64,000 nucleotides of DNA, taken from NCBI GenBank assembly GCA_008632985.1, contig QPGO01000013.1, positions 434,001-498,000 of the forward strand, given 5' to 3'. This stretch comes from Psammoneis japonica (lineage: Eukaryota). Each line of letters begins with the position of its first letter. The first letter of the stretch is position 1. The notes below the pieces were generated by a model that searched no databases, was not told the DNA's origin, and was given only the letters and a program-made list of their open reading frames with translations. Shown piece after piece: positions 50,501-62,420 of the stretch. The position numbers and the translations under genes are program-made.

Positions 50501-53450
50501 ACAACCCAGATCTGTGGAAAACAGAGGAACAGTGGGAGGAGTTTTGCAAGCTTGTCCCAAGTGCTTTTGACTTTGTTTGCCTTGAGAGAATCTCCACAAC
50601 ATCTTCAGGAGCATCTGTTGTGACCCAGCTTGTGCACTCCTTGAGACTCTCCTCTGGATTCTCAGGCACCAGAATGTTGTGGACACTGGTGCTTTCTGTG
50701 CAAGACCAAGCCTTAATTTTTTGAAATGTTCCGCTGGTTTCTTTGGTGGTGCACATGTTGCACAGAACCTTTGCCTGTTTCTTGGACTTGTCAGTGCCCT
50801 CTAAATTAACTCCAGCAATGCAAGCATCCCACTCTTTTCACAGTGACAAACACCATCTCCAGCCACCTGCTGGCACTCAGCTTGGGCCTTGGGAAGCCAA
50901 GTCTCTGACACTCTGCCTGTTCTTTGCCTGGAATGAGTTGATGCTGGGTGAAAAGGATGGAGTTCCCACAAAATTGACACCCCCCACCTTGTGCATGGAA
51001 GGGACCCGCCGCATCAGAACAAATGCTTTGTGGAGCTGTGCCAGCTGAAAAAACCACTCTGTCTTTTCTGAAACTGTCCACAGTGTCAAGCTGCAGAAGA
51101 TGCAAACTGCAGCATGCAACAATCTGATTGTTCAGCAAGCAAGGGTGGGATCTGCAACATCAGATTGCAGGAGCTGAGCACTCCTTGCCAGGACATTTGT
51201 GTGGACCCATGGAAAATCCACAAATTGGGCTTGATGATCAAAGGAAATGCAACAGCTAAAAAGAGCTCACAACCACAAGAACAGACCACATCAAGAACTC
51301 CTGGAGTCACCAACATGTGGTCCAATCTCTTTGATCTGTGGACAAACAACAAGCACCAAAGCTGTGACATCCTGTGCATGGCTGAACATCCTTGCACGGC
51401 CCACAAGATTGAGCTGACAAAAGCCAATCTTGCTGAAGAATTCTCATCATTGGCAAAGTCTGCATTGAAGTTGCCAAAACACTGCAGCTTCAGAGAATGG
51501 ACTGTCAGAAGGTGAGTGTGCAGTCACACTCATGATGGAAAGCACATGTTGCAGATCGCTGCCCAACACAGCAAGGAGATCTCTGGTTCAGTGGTGTCAA
51601 GGCACATTGGAGACATGCCCACCAAGTCTGTCTGGACTTCATTTGCCAGCTGAAAAAAGGCAACAAAATTGCCATTGGCACAAGCATTGAATTTGCACCC
51701 ATTTGCACTGGAGGTGTGCAGACAAGTGCAGTGTGAATCTTCCTGAGTCAGACAAGCTGGAGCGATCAATCTGTTGAGATGAATCAAGGAAGGTGAGTTG
51801 CTGTTGAGACAAGATCTAACTCCACTGCTGCTGAAAAGGAAGCTCTGGGAGGAGACTTGGGAGGAAGGCACTGACCCTGCATCTTGTTGAGAAAGGAGGG
51901 CAGGGAGGATGACTTGTCCTGCCTTGCACAGAACCTGACTTGGTCTGGGTCATGGCAGTCATGGCACAGCACATTGAGGATGACTGGCCTCAGACACACT
52001 GGGTTTCAAAGTGAGTGGTCTTTTGGGAGTTGGGGGGGGNNNNNNNNNNNNGGGGGGGGGGCAGAAAGGGGCAAAACAAGAGCAGCAACTTGATGGTGAA
52101 AAATGGCCTGAGGAAATTGCTGAATGTCTTGTTCATGGAGCTTTTCCTGTGCTTTGTGAAAATTGGGTTGTGACCTCAAGGAATCAACTTCAGTCACAAT
52201 GGCTGACACTTTGCACACTTTCTTTTTGATGACATCTGTCATTCAGTGAAATTCCATCATTGGACAATGTGTGGCACAGTGATCCCACAACAAAGTGTTG
52301 ACCCAAATTCTGAAAACACACGGAGTTTTGAAGTGCCCATGCACAGAATCATGTTGCTCAGGCAAAAGTCATTGTGTGAAGATTTGGAGAAAAAGCATTC
52401 CTTGAGGCATCCATCAAGTGGAGAAGCATGGCAGAAGCACAAGAAAAATGCTGACCCAAACCCTGTTTGTTTGTGATTTTTTCCACATGCAAGAAAATTT
52501 CCACATGATCATTGCACCATGGCTTGTTGAGAGAGCCCCAGCTGTGAAGACTTGCCAATGCGATCAAATGCGTGGCATCTGAGGTGTCTTTGAGATGCCA
52601 GGAATTGTCAGATGGGGCAGCCTGCCACCACAGGGAGCACATCACAGCCAGGCAGGTTGTTGACCACAGCTTGAAGATTTTGCAACAAAGCTGGCAAACC
52701 AGCTTGTGCATTTTGCACCAAGCTAACACACTCTGCACCACAAGGGACAACATCAACCACTCCTTCTTCCAAGGAGCCAGGGTGTGACCAAGTGGCTTTC
52801 TCATGCTCGTTTGGGTGAGAATGATGCCAACTTCTTGATGGAATCAGAAAATGGGGATCATTTTTTAGAATTTCTGTCAGACATTGAGCACTTCTTTCAC
52901 ACTGTTGCAGGGAGTTTCCACTGACAAGAACTCTGCATGAATCACTTTGTCATCATTGGGAGTGTGACAGATTGAGGAATCAACTGCTGAGTTGGGAGCT
53001 TGGCACAATGTCTCAGTTGGGGAACAAGGCAATGAGGCACTTGAGTGCCAAAACAGTGGAGTGGTGCATTGGCAAATTGTCCACAATCTGGGCAGTGTGG
53101 GCCACACATTGGTCACTGTTTTGTCCCATTTGTGAGATGACACACAAAGACGGCATTGTTCTTTGAAGTCTTTTGCACAAAAAGCAACATGTTGAATTTT
53201 GATGAGGAGAGAGAGGCATGGAGTTGGTGTGAACAGTGATGCAGGTCAGGGCACAATGACCGGTGCCACTGATGTGGTGGACAACAAAGTGCTGGGAGTC
53301 AGCAAGGCCAGGTGTCCGCTGAACGCCATGTTCGTTGATTTCAGGGACTGTTTTGCCACTGCTGGAATCAAGTGATCTCCTGCATTTCCACCAAGCTGTT
53401 TGAAATGCCAGAACCAGATCTGGTGGGAGTGTGTGGAGCATTTTCAACAG
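47600..53450 (-). mobile_element. Degenerate non-LTR (LINE-like) retrotransposon; ends approximate; assembly gap at 52040-52051
   Basis: Ordered minus-strand RT fragments: WK..TSIKSALHLECWKA (~50280-50345), VVFKEPGND..SKADFQLICSVKWQEL (~49995-50105), STGQGSSG (~49622-49645), GHVDD (HVDD at 49519-49530), LLSACGHELDLPKCWF (~49375-49422). Confidence 0.75.
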
Positions 53451-53529
53451 CAGGTGGAGGATCGGGTTGGTGAGTGCCGGCATCATGGTGATGAGATCTT
53501 GGTGCAAAAAGCACGTGAAAAAGCAACAA

Positions 53530-54990
53530 GTCCCGACACAGGTGTGGGCACGCACCCAGAAACGGCAGTCATGCCCGAAGAAATCAAAGGATGCTTCTTG
53601 TATGACATGGGACCGTCTGTGGCCTGTCACACTGTTAAAATACAACAATGTCGAAAATGCACTGGTGCTAAAGACTGGCTTTGTCGGGAAAGGATACAGC
53701 ACCGTAGAGTGATTTGACGCGAAAACTGTGGGCTGAGAACCAGCTCCTCCTATTTGTGTTCTATGCCTTCTCAAAGGCTGTTGTTCACCGACATCACTAA
53801 CCTTTGACACACCAAGCCTGTCTCTACTCTGGCAAAAGTAATCTAGAGAGAGTGCCAGCAGAGAGCAGGTTATACTCTAGTCCCCACCTCAAAACTGTAG
53901 AGTCTGAGAAGCAATGCGCTCTGTTTCTCAAAAGCTATAGTACGGTTTTTAATTACAGTAGTATTTTAAAACATGTCTTGCATTTTACAACTCATCATGA
54001 GGTCTTCCACAAACATGTTCAATCACCTTGGGTAGGGCACTCTGCAAACTCTCGGCTGCCGTGTGCAAATTCTCCAAAAACTCATCCTGCGTCGGCCTAT
54101 CTCCATCGACAATATCCGTCACAACCTTGACACCAAAGTGAGGCGTATCATGCAATTCACATGCCCACGCAATCGAGGCAATTTCCATGTCTTTGACGGA
54201 CGCATCATTGGCCAGCATGTGCTTGTCGTCCGTTTCGGTCTTGTCGAGACTGTTGCCCGTTGAACAGACACCCATTTTGGCTCCAATCGATTTGGCAAGT
54301 TCCGAGGCTGGGACCGAGTCGAGTTTGCCAACACCATACTCGACAAAGGACGGAATGGGAATGCGCCGATCGTGATGAGCCGATCCAGTCGTGACAAAGA
54401 CATCCCCAATCGCAGCACCTTTGCGAGAAAAGCCTCCACACGTTCCGGCGTTGATTACCAAATCAACACTGTCCTCCAATTTTTGCAGCGCCAAAAAGAC
54501 AGCCATGGCCGCCGGGACGGTACCACAATTGTCCACGCCCGTTCCGTACGTTTCGTCCTTGCCATTGGTAATGACTGTAACGTTGCACGCTTCGTGAATG
54601 CCCTGAAAGGCTAAGAACGGAGCTTGCTTGGGGAAAAATTCGTCGACGGGGTTCAACTGCAAATGCTTGACAAAGGGCATTGCCTCTGCTTCCATGGCAA
54701 TCGCAATGACGACACTGTTTAGTGAGAAAAAGGGGAAAAAGATGAAATTATGTGAGTGTGTATCAGAAAGCATGCTATTGCTTACAGAAATCGATTTCTG
54801 CTGTGATCTGTGATAGTATCTTTCTCACATACACAGATGGGTATCCTTTTTGTACGAATTCAACTCACTTTTCAATAGTTTTGGGTTCTAACGGAGGCAT
54901 ATCTTTGGCAAACGACTTCACAAGAGACACAGCAAAGACAAGAAGGAGAAAAGCCTTGCACGAAAAGTTGTAAGACACCATTGCGACTTG
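53530..54990. repeat. Duplicated segment, copy B
   Basis: Aligns to 42590-44040; the left ~350 bp carry TA->TG/CA changes. Confidence 0.9.
53985..54900 (-). CDS. MTN: MTA/SAH nucleosidase, copy B (intact; exon 1 MPPLEPKTIE, intron ~54715-54868)
   Basis: Same motifs as copy A, uninterrupted frame. Confidence 0.88.
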
Positions 54991-55330
54991 CACAAAAAAA
55001 AATGCCGCAACGGTCGGTTCACGTGGTGGCGTGAACCAGTGACGGCCACTGCAGGGGTGTAGTATGTTTTCACATACCGTAGAATCCGATATTTCACCTG
55101 GTATATTGACGTCATGATGACGTTCAAATTATTTCGAACGAATCGAATTCCCTCCGACCTCGTCAGACGCCGATTTGTGTTTTGTTTCCATCCTATTGCA
55201 ACAGCAACACGTGACAAAACTGCCAACACCAGTCTTGTATTATTTTCTCACAAAACGTCTTTGCAGTACTACTAAAACAAAGCAAAAGTCAGCACCTTGA
55301 TTGATAAGTGTCAGAAAAAGAGAAACAAAA

Positions 55331-56884
55331 ATGGCGTGGTTCAGCAGAGGCGGCTTTGCAATGTTTTCGTTTCTCGGCATGCTTTTTCTTTCTCGAGTAC
55401 CATCGGCTCTTGGCTTTTCCATAATACCGCCTCTATCGACAAGAACAAACTACTATAATCAAAAACAGCCTTCAGTTCTGTTTGCATCTTCTTCCATTGC
55501 AGACAAGACGGATCCGTTTGACATTCTCAATCTGACACCCAGTCCCAATCTAGACAAGAAGGAGATTAAGCGTGCGTACAAGCGCATGGCGTTGCGTTTT
55601 CACCCCGATGTGGTGACAACAAAAAATTCAACGCCCGACGAAAAGAAGCGTGCCAATGATGACTTTGCTCGCATCAATTGGGCGTACGAGACACTGAGTG
55701 GAAAGAATAATAACCAAGAGGACAGTAGCGCAACAAGCAGTAGTAATGCTGGATACACTCCACCTCATCGACGAAGTGGTGCCTACACTTCTTCCAGCAC
55801 AAAACGAACAACAACATCAGCAACACCAGGCGCAAGCACCAATTGGGAAGATTACATGCCAAAATACAATGAGGAGGACTACGATGCGGGCGGCGATTCG
55901 TTTGGAGCCATCTTTTCCGATTTGCTCACGGGCGCCGCCATGGGAGCCGCCGGAGTCGCTTCAGGTGGTGGTGGCGGTGTCTTGCGTGATTTGGTGGAAT
56001 TTTTGGAGCGCAATGTCGATGGCTATTCGGGTGGTGCTCAAGACGATGCTCAATTGACCCTATTGTTGCAAACGGGAACTGTCGAAGAAATTGGAATGGA
56101 AATGGATGATACCGAATTGGTGGTGCAGCAATTGTCCTCCAAATTGCAAAATTTGCAACAAGAGTACATGACTGTATCGGAACAAGCCAAGCAAACGGTG
56201 CGGTACTTGGAACGACTCGAGTTGGAAGAAGCAGCCGAAGAGATTCAGGCACGACAAAAAGTGTCCGAGGGATATTTGAAAAAGGCGCGAGCGCGATTGG
56301 TCAAGCTGCAAACACGATACAAACAACTCATTGTCAATGGCGACAATGACTTTGATATTGGTCGCGGAAGCCGACAATCGTCATCGTCGTGGGACTCTAA
56401 TACCACTGGTACAACTCGCGATACGGTTGGAACCGACTACTCGAGAGGCAAGGACGACGACGATGAAGCTTGGAAACATGAAGGCTTTGGATCGTCGGGG
56501 CGAAGCCGTGGTAGCCGTCGACGTCGTAGCAGCCGTGCCCGTCGTACAACAGCAGCATCTTCCACCAATACGAGCAATGACTTTGGCAAACACTCGTCTC
56601 AACAGCAACCGCGTACACCTGAATCGCCACGGCAAACGACGTCTAGATCTACAACAACTTCTACTGGAACTTCCCGAAGCACAACGACTACTGGAAGTTC
56701 GCGAGGCGCAACGACTACCGGATCCCGAACAAGCGCGAGCTCGCCACCAGAACCGTGGACACCACCCGTCCCACCGCATCGGCGAACGTCCACCACAAGC
56801 CAAGCCCAGGCAGACAAACGACGACTACGACAACTCAAGGTGGAAGAAGACTTTGATCAGCTAAAGAAGGATCTTGGATTGTAG
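55331..56884 (+). CDS. DnaJ-domain protein with coiled coil, probably plastid-targeted
   Basis: DPFDIL..EIKRAYKRMALRFHPD..FARINWAYETLS J-domain; signal peptide + 'LGF'. Confidence 0.85.
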   Translation: MAWFSRGGFAMFSFLGMLFLSRVPSALGFSIIPPLSTRTNYYNQKQPSVLFASSSIADKTDPFDILNLTPSPNLDKKEIKRAYKRMALRFHPDVVTTKNSTPDEKKRANDDFARINWAYETLSGKNNNQEDSSATSSSNAGYTPPHRRSGAYTSSSTKRTTTSATPGASTNWEDYMPKYNEEDYDAGGDSFGAIFSDLLTGAAMGAAGVASGGGGGVLRDLVEFLERNVDGYSGGAQDDAQLTLLLQTGTVEEIGMEMDDTELVVQQLSSKLQNLQQEYMTVSEQAKQTVRYLERLELEEAAEEIQARQKVSEGYLKKARARLVKLQTRYKQLIVNGDNDFDIGRGSRQSSSSWDSNTTGTTRDTVGTDYSRGKDDDDEAWKHEGFGSSGRSRGSRRRRSSRARRTTAASSTNTSNDFGKHSSQQQPRTPESPRQTTSRSTTTSTGTSRSTTTTGSSRGATTTGSRTSASSPPEPWTPPVPPHRRTSTTSQAQADKRRLRQLKVEEDFDQLKKDLGL

Positions 56885-57287
56885 CAGTTAAAGGTGTTTT
56901 GAATGATAGAAAAATGCGTTGTAAAGATACCATATTCATCTTATGTAAGGAGCAAGAATCATCATCTACCGGTAGGGCGCTGGAGCCCGTTTGGATATCT
57001 GCGAGCTTTTGGGAGTTCTCAACAATGACGATTGATGGGCGGACCGGATTTAGAGCATATCCGCCTCTCACGCATAACACCTACTGCCACCGCCACTCAT
57101 TCGTTCGGCGCTTCGCCTTCCCGCAATTTTTTGTTCTGAGTTTTGAGTTTCAAGTTGGCTCGAGCGAGGAGCAACCATAATCAGACTTCCAGCAAGAGCA
57201 TTGGAAGGTGTTGTCGACTTGAGAGAAGCGTATCCCGAGGACGAAAGATAGAGTTTCATTCGATTGGGGTCTTCACAACTAGCAAAA

Positions 57288-58451
57288 ATGGCGGGAAAAA
57301 AGAAAAAGAGCAAAAAGATCAAGAGCAGCCAACGTCCAGAAGAAGAAGTAGAAGAGCAAGTTGCTGGTGGCGGCGGCGAGGACGATGGCGTTGGAGAACG
57401 TTTAACGCTAGAAGCCTTGGATGCAATCAGCTCATCCGACGAAGAACAAGGCGATGAAGAAGGTGAAGAAGATCAAAATCAAGAATGGCAAGCGGAAGCA
57501 CAAGCCTTGCGTCAGGCGATTGCCGACGGAGCTTTTGATCACTTGATGAAAAATAAGAAATCAAACGAGAAGAGGAACAGATTCAGGAGGTTTCTTTAGA
57601 GGATGACAGCTCGTCGTCACAGGATAAAGACGAAAGCGAAGATGATGATGATGAGAAGAAAGAGATTGAAGCCAAAGAATCATTAAACAACAAGGCACTC
57701 GTGGCGGTAACCGAAAAGATGCAATTGGCAAAAAAAGGCATGCCGTGGGCCGAAACGTTTGACGTGATATCCGAGAATGCCTTGCCGTTTGATCTCAAGC
57801 GAGGTGGAAACCCGTTGGATGTTCATGACGATTTAAAGCGTGAACTCGCCTTTTACAATGTGCTCTAGATGCTGTACATGTCGCTCGCACAAGTGTACCG
57901 AGTCGGACATTTCCTTTTCCAGACCCGACGACTTTTTTGCCGAAATGGTGAAGACGGATGGTGCGTATCAATCGTTGCAAAGAAAGGGATGAGCTTTCTT
58001 TTGCAAGTTGTTACTATGTATATATCGTTGCGTGCTTCTCTCTAAACCCCTCTCTGTTTCTTGCGCAGATCACATGGCCAAGATTAAGGATCGTTTGATT
58101 TTTGAAAACAAGAAAATGGATGCCTTTGCTCAACGCAAGGCCAATCAAGAACACAAGCTTCACGCCAAGGAGGCACAAGCATACAAGTTGGAACAAAAGG
58201 CCAAGCGAAAACGACAGCATTTTGATGCCCTTCAAAAGTGGCAGTCCGACCCGTCCTTGCTGGACAACGGGCCGTCCAAGAAGAGACAAGCGGCGGATAA
58301 AAAGTATGGCCATGGTGGCAAGCGTGGGCGATTTAAACAAAATAGTGCCAAGGATCTCAATGACATGTCCTCCTTTCGTCCCAAGGGTAGTGGAGGAAGC
58401 GCCAAGCGACAAGGGAAGCGTGCTCGGGATGCGGCAAGAGCAAGGCGTTGA
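57288..58451 (+). CDS. EBP2: rRNA-processing protein Ebp2; intron ~57962-58068; two apparent frameshifts (~57575, ~57865)
   Basis: PWAETFDV, DVHDDLKRELAFY, FSRPDDFFAEMVKTD|DHMAKIKDRLI, KYGHGGKRGRFKQN, KRQGKRAR. Confidence 0.8.
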
Positions 58452-58895
58452 GTACCTTGAAGCGTACAGTGTATTATTGGTCTACTGCAGATTAATAGTT
58501 TGGGCCCCATCAAAATGTTTTACTTTGTACAGTACGGCCTACCTCTTTAATTACTCGTAGTACTGTAGTCTCTTGTTGAATATCTCTTAATTTCGTAGCC
58601 GCATGAGTTTCAACTTAGCTTGCCCACTTTTGAAACAACCTACTCTAGACTACTACCGCCGAGAACACGGTAGTTTCGTTCAGACATAGCAATGGTATTT
58701 TCAATCTTTTTTAGTTTTTATATTGTTTTTGTCTTTTTATTGCAACATAGGATGTCACACAACGTTTCCTTCATCTCTTCCCACAGTTATACGTGGTGTC
58801 ATTCGCAGAGTGTTTAAAATATGTATATGAAAGTCGCGAGCGCGTAGCAAGCGGCCGGGGTTTTGGAATCTCCCCAGGGATGTTGGAAACGATAA

Positions 58896-61548
58896 TTAAA
58901 AGGCTTGATTGTCCTCGTAACCGAAAAGCATAACCGACGATGGCGAGCGAGACATCTGGCCTTCCTCCGATCCGCTCTCGGCGTTGAGCTTGCTGTTCTT
59001 GTCGGCAGCGGGCTGGACCTTCTGGACTTGATCGCGGAGAGTCTCGAGCTGTTCTTCGGCAACAAAGTGCTCGTAATCACCAGTCTGCTCAGTTGCCTGC
59101 TCAGGAGCCTCGACAGCAGACTCTTCCTGCACCGGAGCAGAGGGCCTGGCGAAATAACTGCGACCAAACGAGGATGGATCGACGTTCTCGACACCAATCT
59201 CGGGATGCGCGTACATGACGGCTTGCTGTTTGAGAGCGGCAGCTTCGGCGAGAATCTGGGCGCGTTCTTCGGCGTCTTCTTCCGAATCTTGCTGAGGAGC
59301 AGAAGCACGGCTGTAGTAGTTGCGAGCAGTAGCGGTACCGTCCACCTCGACAGGTAACTCGGGATGCGCGTACATGACGGCCTGCTTCTTGAGAGCAGCA
59401 GCTTCGGCAAGGATAAGAGCACGTTCCTCAGCATCTTCCTCGGACTCTTGCTGAGGAGCAGAAGCACGTGCAAAGTAGTTGCGAGCAGTGGCAGCAGAGT
59501 CGACCTCGACCGGAAGCTCTGGGTGAGCATACATGACGGCCTGCTTCTTGAGAGCGGCAGCTTCGGCAAGAATCTGGGCGCGTTCTTCGGCGTCCTCCAC
59601 AGACTCCTGCTGAGGAGCAGAAGCACGGCTGTAGTAGTTGCGTGCAGTAGCAGTAGCATCCACATCGACCGGAAGCTCTGGGTGAGCATACATAACGGCC
59701 TGCTTCTTGAGAGCGGCAGCTTCGGCAAGGATAAGAGCGCGTTCTTCGGCGTCCTCCAACGACTCCTGCTGAGGAGCAGAAGCACGGCTGTAGTAGTTGC
59801 GTGCAGTAGTAGAAGAATCGACCTCGACAGGAAGCTCCGGATGAGCATACACGACGGCCTGCTTCTTGAGAGCAGCAGCTTCGGCGAGAATCTGGGCTCG
59901 TTCCTCGGCGTCCTCCAACGTCTCCTGCTGAGGAGCAGAAGCACGGCTGTGGTAGTTGCGTGCAGTAGCAGTACCGTCCACCTCGACAGGCAACTCGGGA
60001 TGAGCATACATGACGGCCTGCTTCTTGAGAGCAGCAGCTTCGGCGAGAATCTGGGCTCGTTCCTCGGCGTCCTCCAACGACTCCTGCTGAGGAGCAGAAG
60101 CACGGCTGTAGTAGTTGCGAGCTGTAGCAGTTGAGTCGACCTCGACAGGAAGCTCTGGGTGAGCATACATGACGGCCTGCTTCTTCAGAGCAGCAGCTTC
60201 GGCAAGGATAAGAGCGCGTTCCTCGGCATCCTCCGTTGACTCCTGCTGAAGAGCAGAAGCACGGCTGTAGTAGCTGCGTGCGGTAGCAGAAGAGTCGACA
60301 TCAACCGGAAGCTCTGGGTGAGCGTACATGACGGCCTGCTTCTTGAGAGCAGCAGCTTCGGCAAGAATCTGGGTGCGTTCTTCGGCGTCCTCCGCGGACT
60401 CTTGCTGAGGAGCAGAAGCACGGCTGTAGTAGTTGCGTGCAGTAGCAGTACCGTCCACCTCGACAGGCAACTCGGGATGAGCATACATGACGGCCTGCTT
60501 CTTGAGAGCAGCAGCTTCCGTGAGTACGAGAGCGCGTTCTTCGGCGTCCTCCGCGGACTCTTGCTGAGGAGCAGAAGCACGGCTGTAGTAGTTGCGTGCA
60601 GTAGCAGTACCGTCCACCTCGACAGGCAACTCGGGATGAGCATACATGACGGCCTGCTTCTTGAGAGCAGCAGCTTCCGCGAGTACGAGAACGCGTTCTT
60701 CGGCGTCCTCCTCGGACTCTTGCTCAGGAGCAGAAGCGCGGCTAAAGTAGTTGCGACCAAAGGACGTAGGATCAACGTTCTGGACGCCAACTTCAGGATG
60801 AAGGTAGTCGAATGCAGCTTTCTTGAGCTGAGCAGCATCGGCCAACACTTGAGCACGGGCCTCTGCTTCCTCTACAGACTCCTGCGGAACAGACGAGGGG
60901 CGATCAAAGTAGTTGCGTCCGCAGGCGGTAGGATCCGACGCGACAACACCTAGCTCGGGATGAGCATAGTCGGTGGCAAGTTTCTTGAGAGCGGCCGCTT
61001 CGCGAGAATCAGCGCGCGTTCCTCCTCTTCCTGCGCGTCTGGTGCACTCGGGCGATTGAAATAGTTCCTGCCCATGGCGGTTCCGTCCACTTTGACGGGA
61101 GCTTCTGGATGCAAGAAAGCATCCGCAAGCTTCTTGAGATTGCGAGCGTCCTCGAGAATGCGAAGCCTCTCGACGAAAAACTCGTCTATGGAAATGAATG
61201 GCGAAAAACGAGTGAGTTTCAAAATTCAACTTGGAAATTCTGTGAGAGCAAGAACATCGTACCTTCTTCCTCTTCTTCTTCGTCGTCACTGCTGTCGACA
61301 AAGGAGGATTCGTCGTCGTCGTCCGAGATCTCTTCCATGGGAATCGGCTGTTCTTCGATAGAACGTTCGACAATCGGCTGTTCTACGGCGGCAACAGCCT
61401 CGATGCTTGCTTCGGATTTGGAGACAAGGACAGGCGCTTCATCGACGACGACGGCTGGAGTGGATTTACGTCCTCTCACGTTTCGGCCCAACTTCTTTTT
61501 GCCTTTCGGCTTGTTGGGAGAAGCGTGGGAGGACTGAGAGGACCCCAT
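58896..61548 (-). CDS. Protein with about 13 tandem 53-aa repeats (LKKQAVMYAHPELPVEVDGTATARNYYSRASAPQQESxEDAEERAxILAEAAA); intron ~61188-61262; frameshift near 61000
   Basis: 159-nt periodicity (GCACGGCTGTAGTAG-like at 59305, 59623, 59782, 59941, 60100, 60259, 60418, 60577); N-terminus MGSSQS. Confidence 0.8.
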
Positions 61549-62420
61549 GTTGGCAGATTGGGTTGGATAGTGGTTGTTTACGTTTGACTGAAAGCTTTTT
61601 TGTTTTGTGCGAAGATCGGCGGTTTGGACTTTTGTTCACAGCACTTTCACAGAACAAAAGCTTCACCTGTAGAAGATACGTGGGAATTGGTATATGTAGA
61701 ATTCATACCACAAGCTACATACATTCATTTCGTGGGAATCCAATGAGAACACTCTTGACGGAATCGCAAAATGGCATGTTCTTCGGTACCGTGGTTTCCA
61801 CCATAAAAATGCCGCAAAGAAATCGGAAGGCTTCTTTTCTGAATCCCAAGATTCCCTTCGCCTGCTACACGTGGTCTCTAAATGGCGAGTTCTTATTGGC
61901 TCTCATTGGCATTTATGTGCACTTTGAGTTGGCGACCGTTCCATACTGTTGCCGACGTCACGTGGTGTCAAGAGGCCTTCGCATAAGAACAGTCTTTTCA
62001 TCGAAGTGGCGTCATGCGCGAATAAATTTGCGGCAAAATTCTCGCACGCTTCAATAAGCGTGTCAACAACGAGCCAATCAGAATTAGCCACTGAGACGGG
62101 CAACTTCACGTTCGTCACCGAACTTTGAAGTCAAGATATTCCATAGAAGAATCCAATCTCAGTATACTTCTATGTAGCCTTGTACGCAAATAAGGGAGTT
62201 TAGTTCTCTGGAAAGTGTCAGAGAAGGACTCCATCAATTCCTCGCGGAAATTCTGATTCCCTCGCAAGGCTCTTTCGCCGAGCGCAACCAACACAACACA
62301 CAAGATCGGCACACAAAAAAGAAAAAAGACTTCGGTGTGGATTCATTCTTTTCACTTCAACAAACAACACAGCACCCTCTCCTCTCTACTTCTGTAGACA
62401 ATAGAAATAGACCATCAACC

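Noticed and set aside
44290..53600. Explaining the block by classical RIP, CpG decay alone, or an alternative genetic code / foreign DNA
   Set aside because: RIP would raise TpA and CpG decay does not remove it. Duplicated segments show ordinary host DNA being converted in place, including non-coding DNA.
44343..53810. Dozens of short overlapping Cys/His-rich ORFs
   Set aside because: Artefact of TA loss removing TAA/TAG stops; not independent genes.
57560..57880. Frameshifts in EBP2 (also LRR gene ~1803 and ~2228, MTN copy A ~43675, repeat protein ~61000) as programmed recoding or pseudogenes
   Set aside because: Scattered single-base indels in otherwise conserved genes, including an essential one, are more simply explained by assembly consensus errors; read-level checks are needed.
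59290..60740. Regularly spaced repeats resembling a CRISPR array
   Set aside because: The whole 159-nt unit repeats in frame within a protein; no unique spacers; eukaryotic context.
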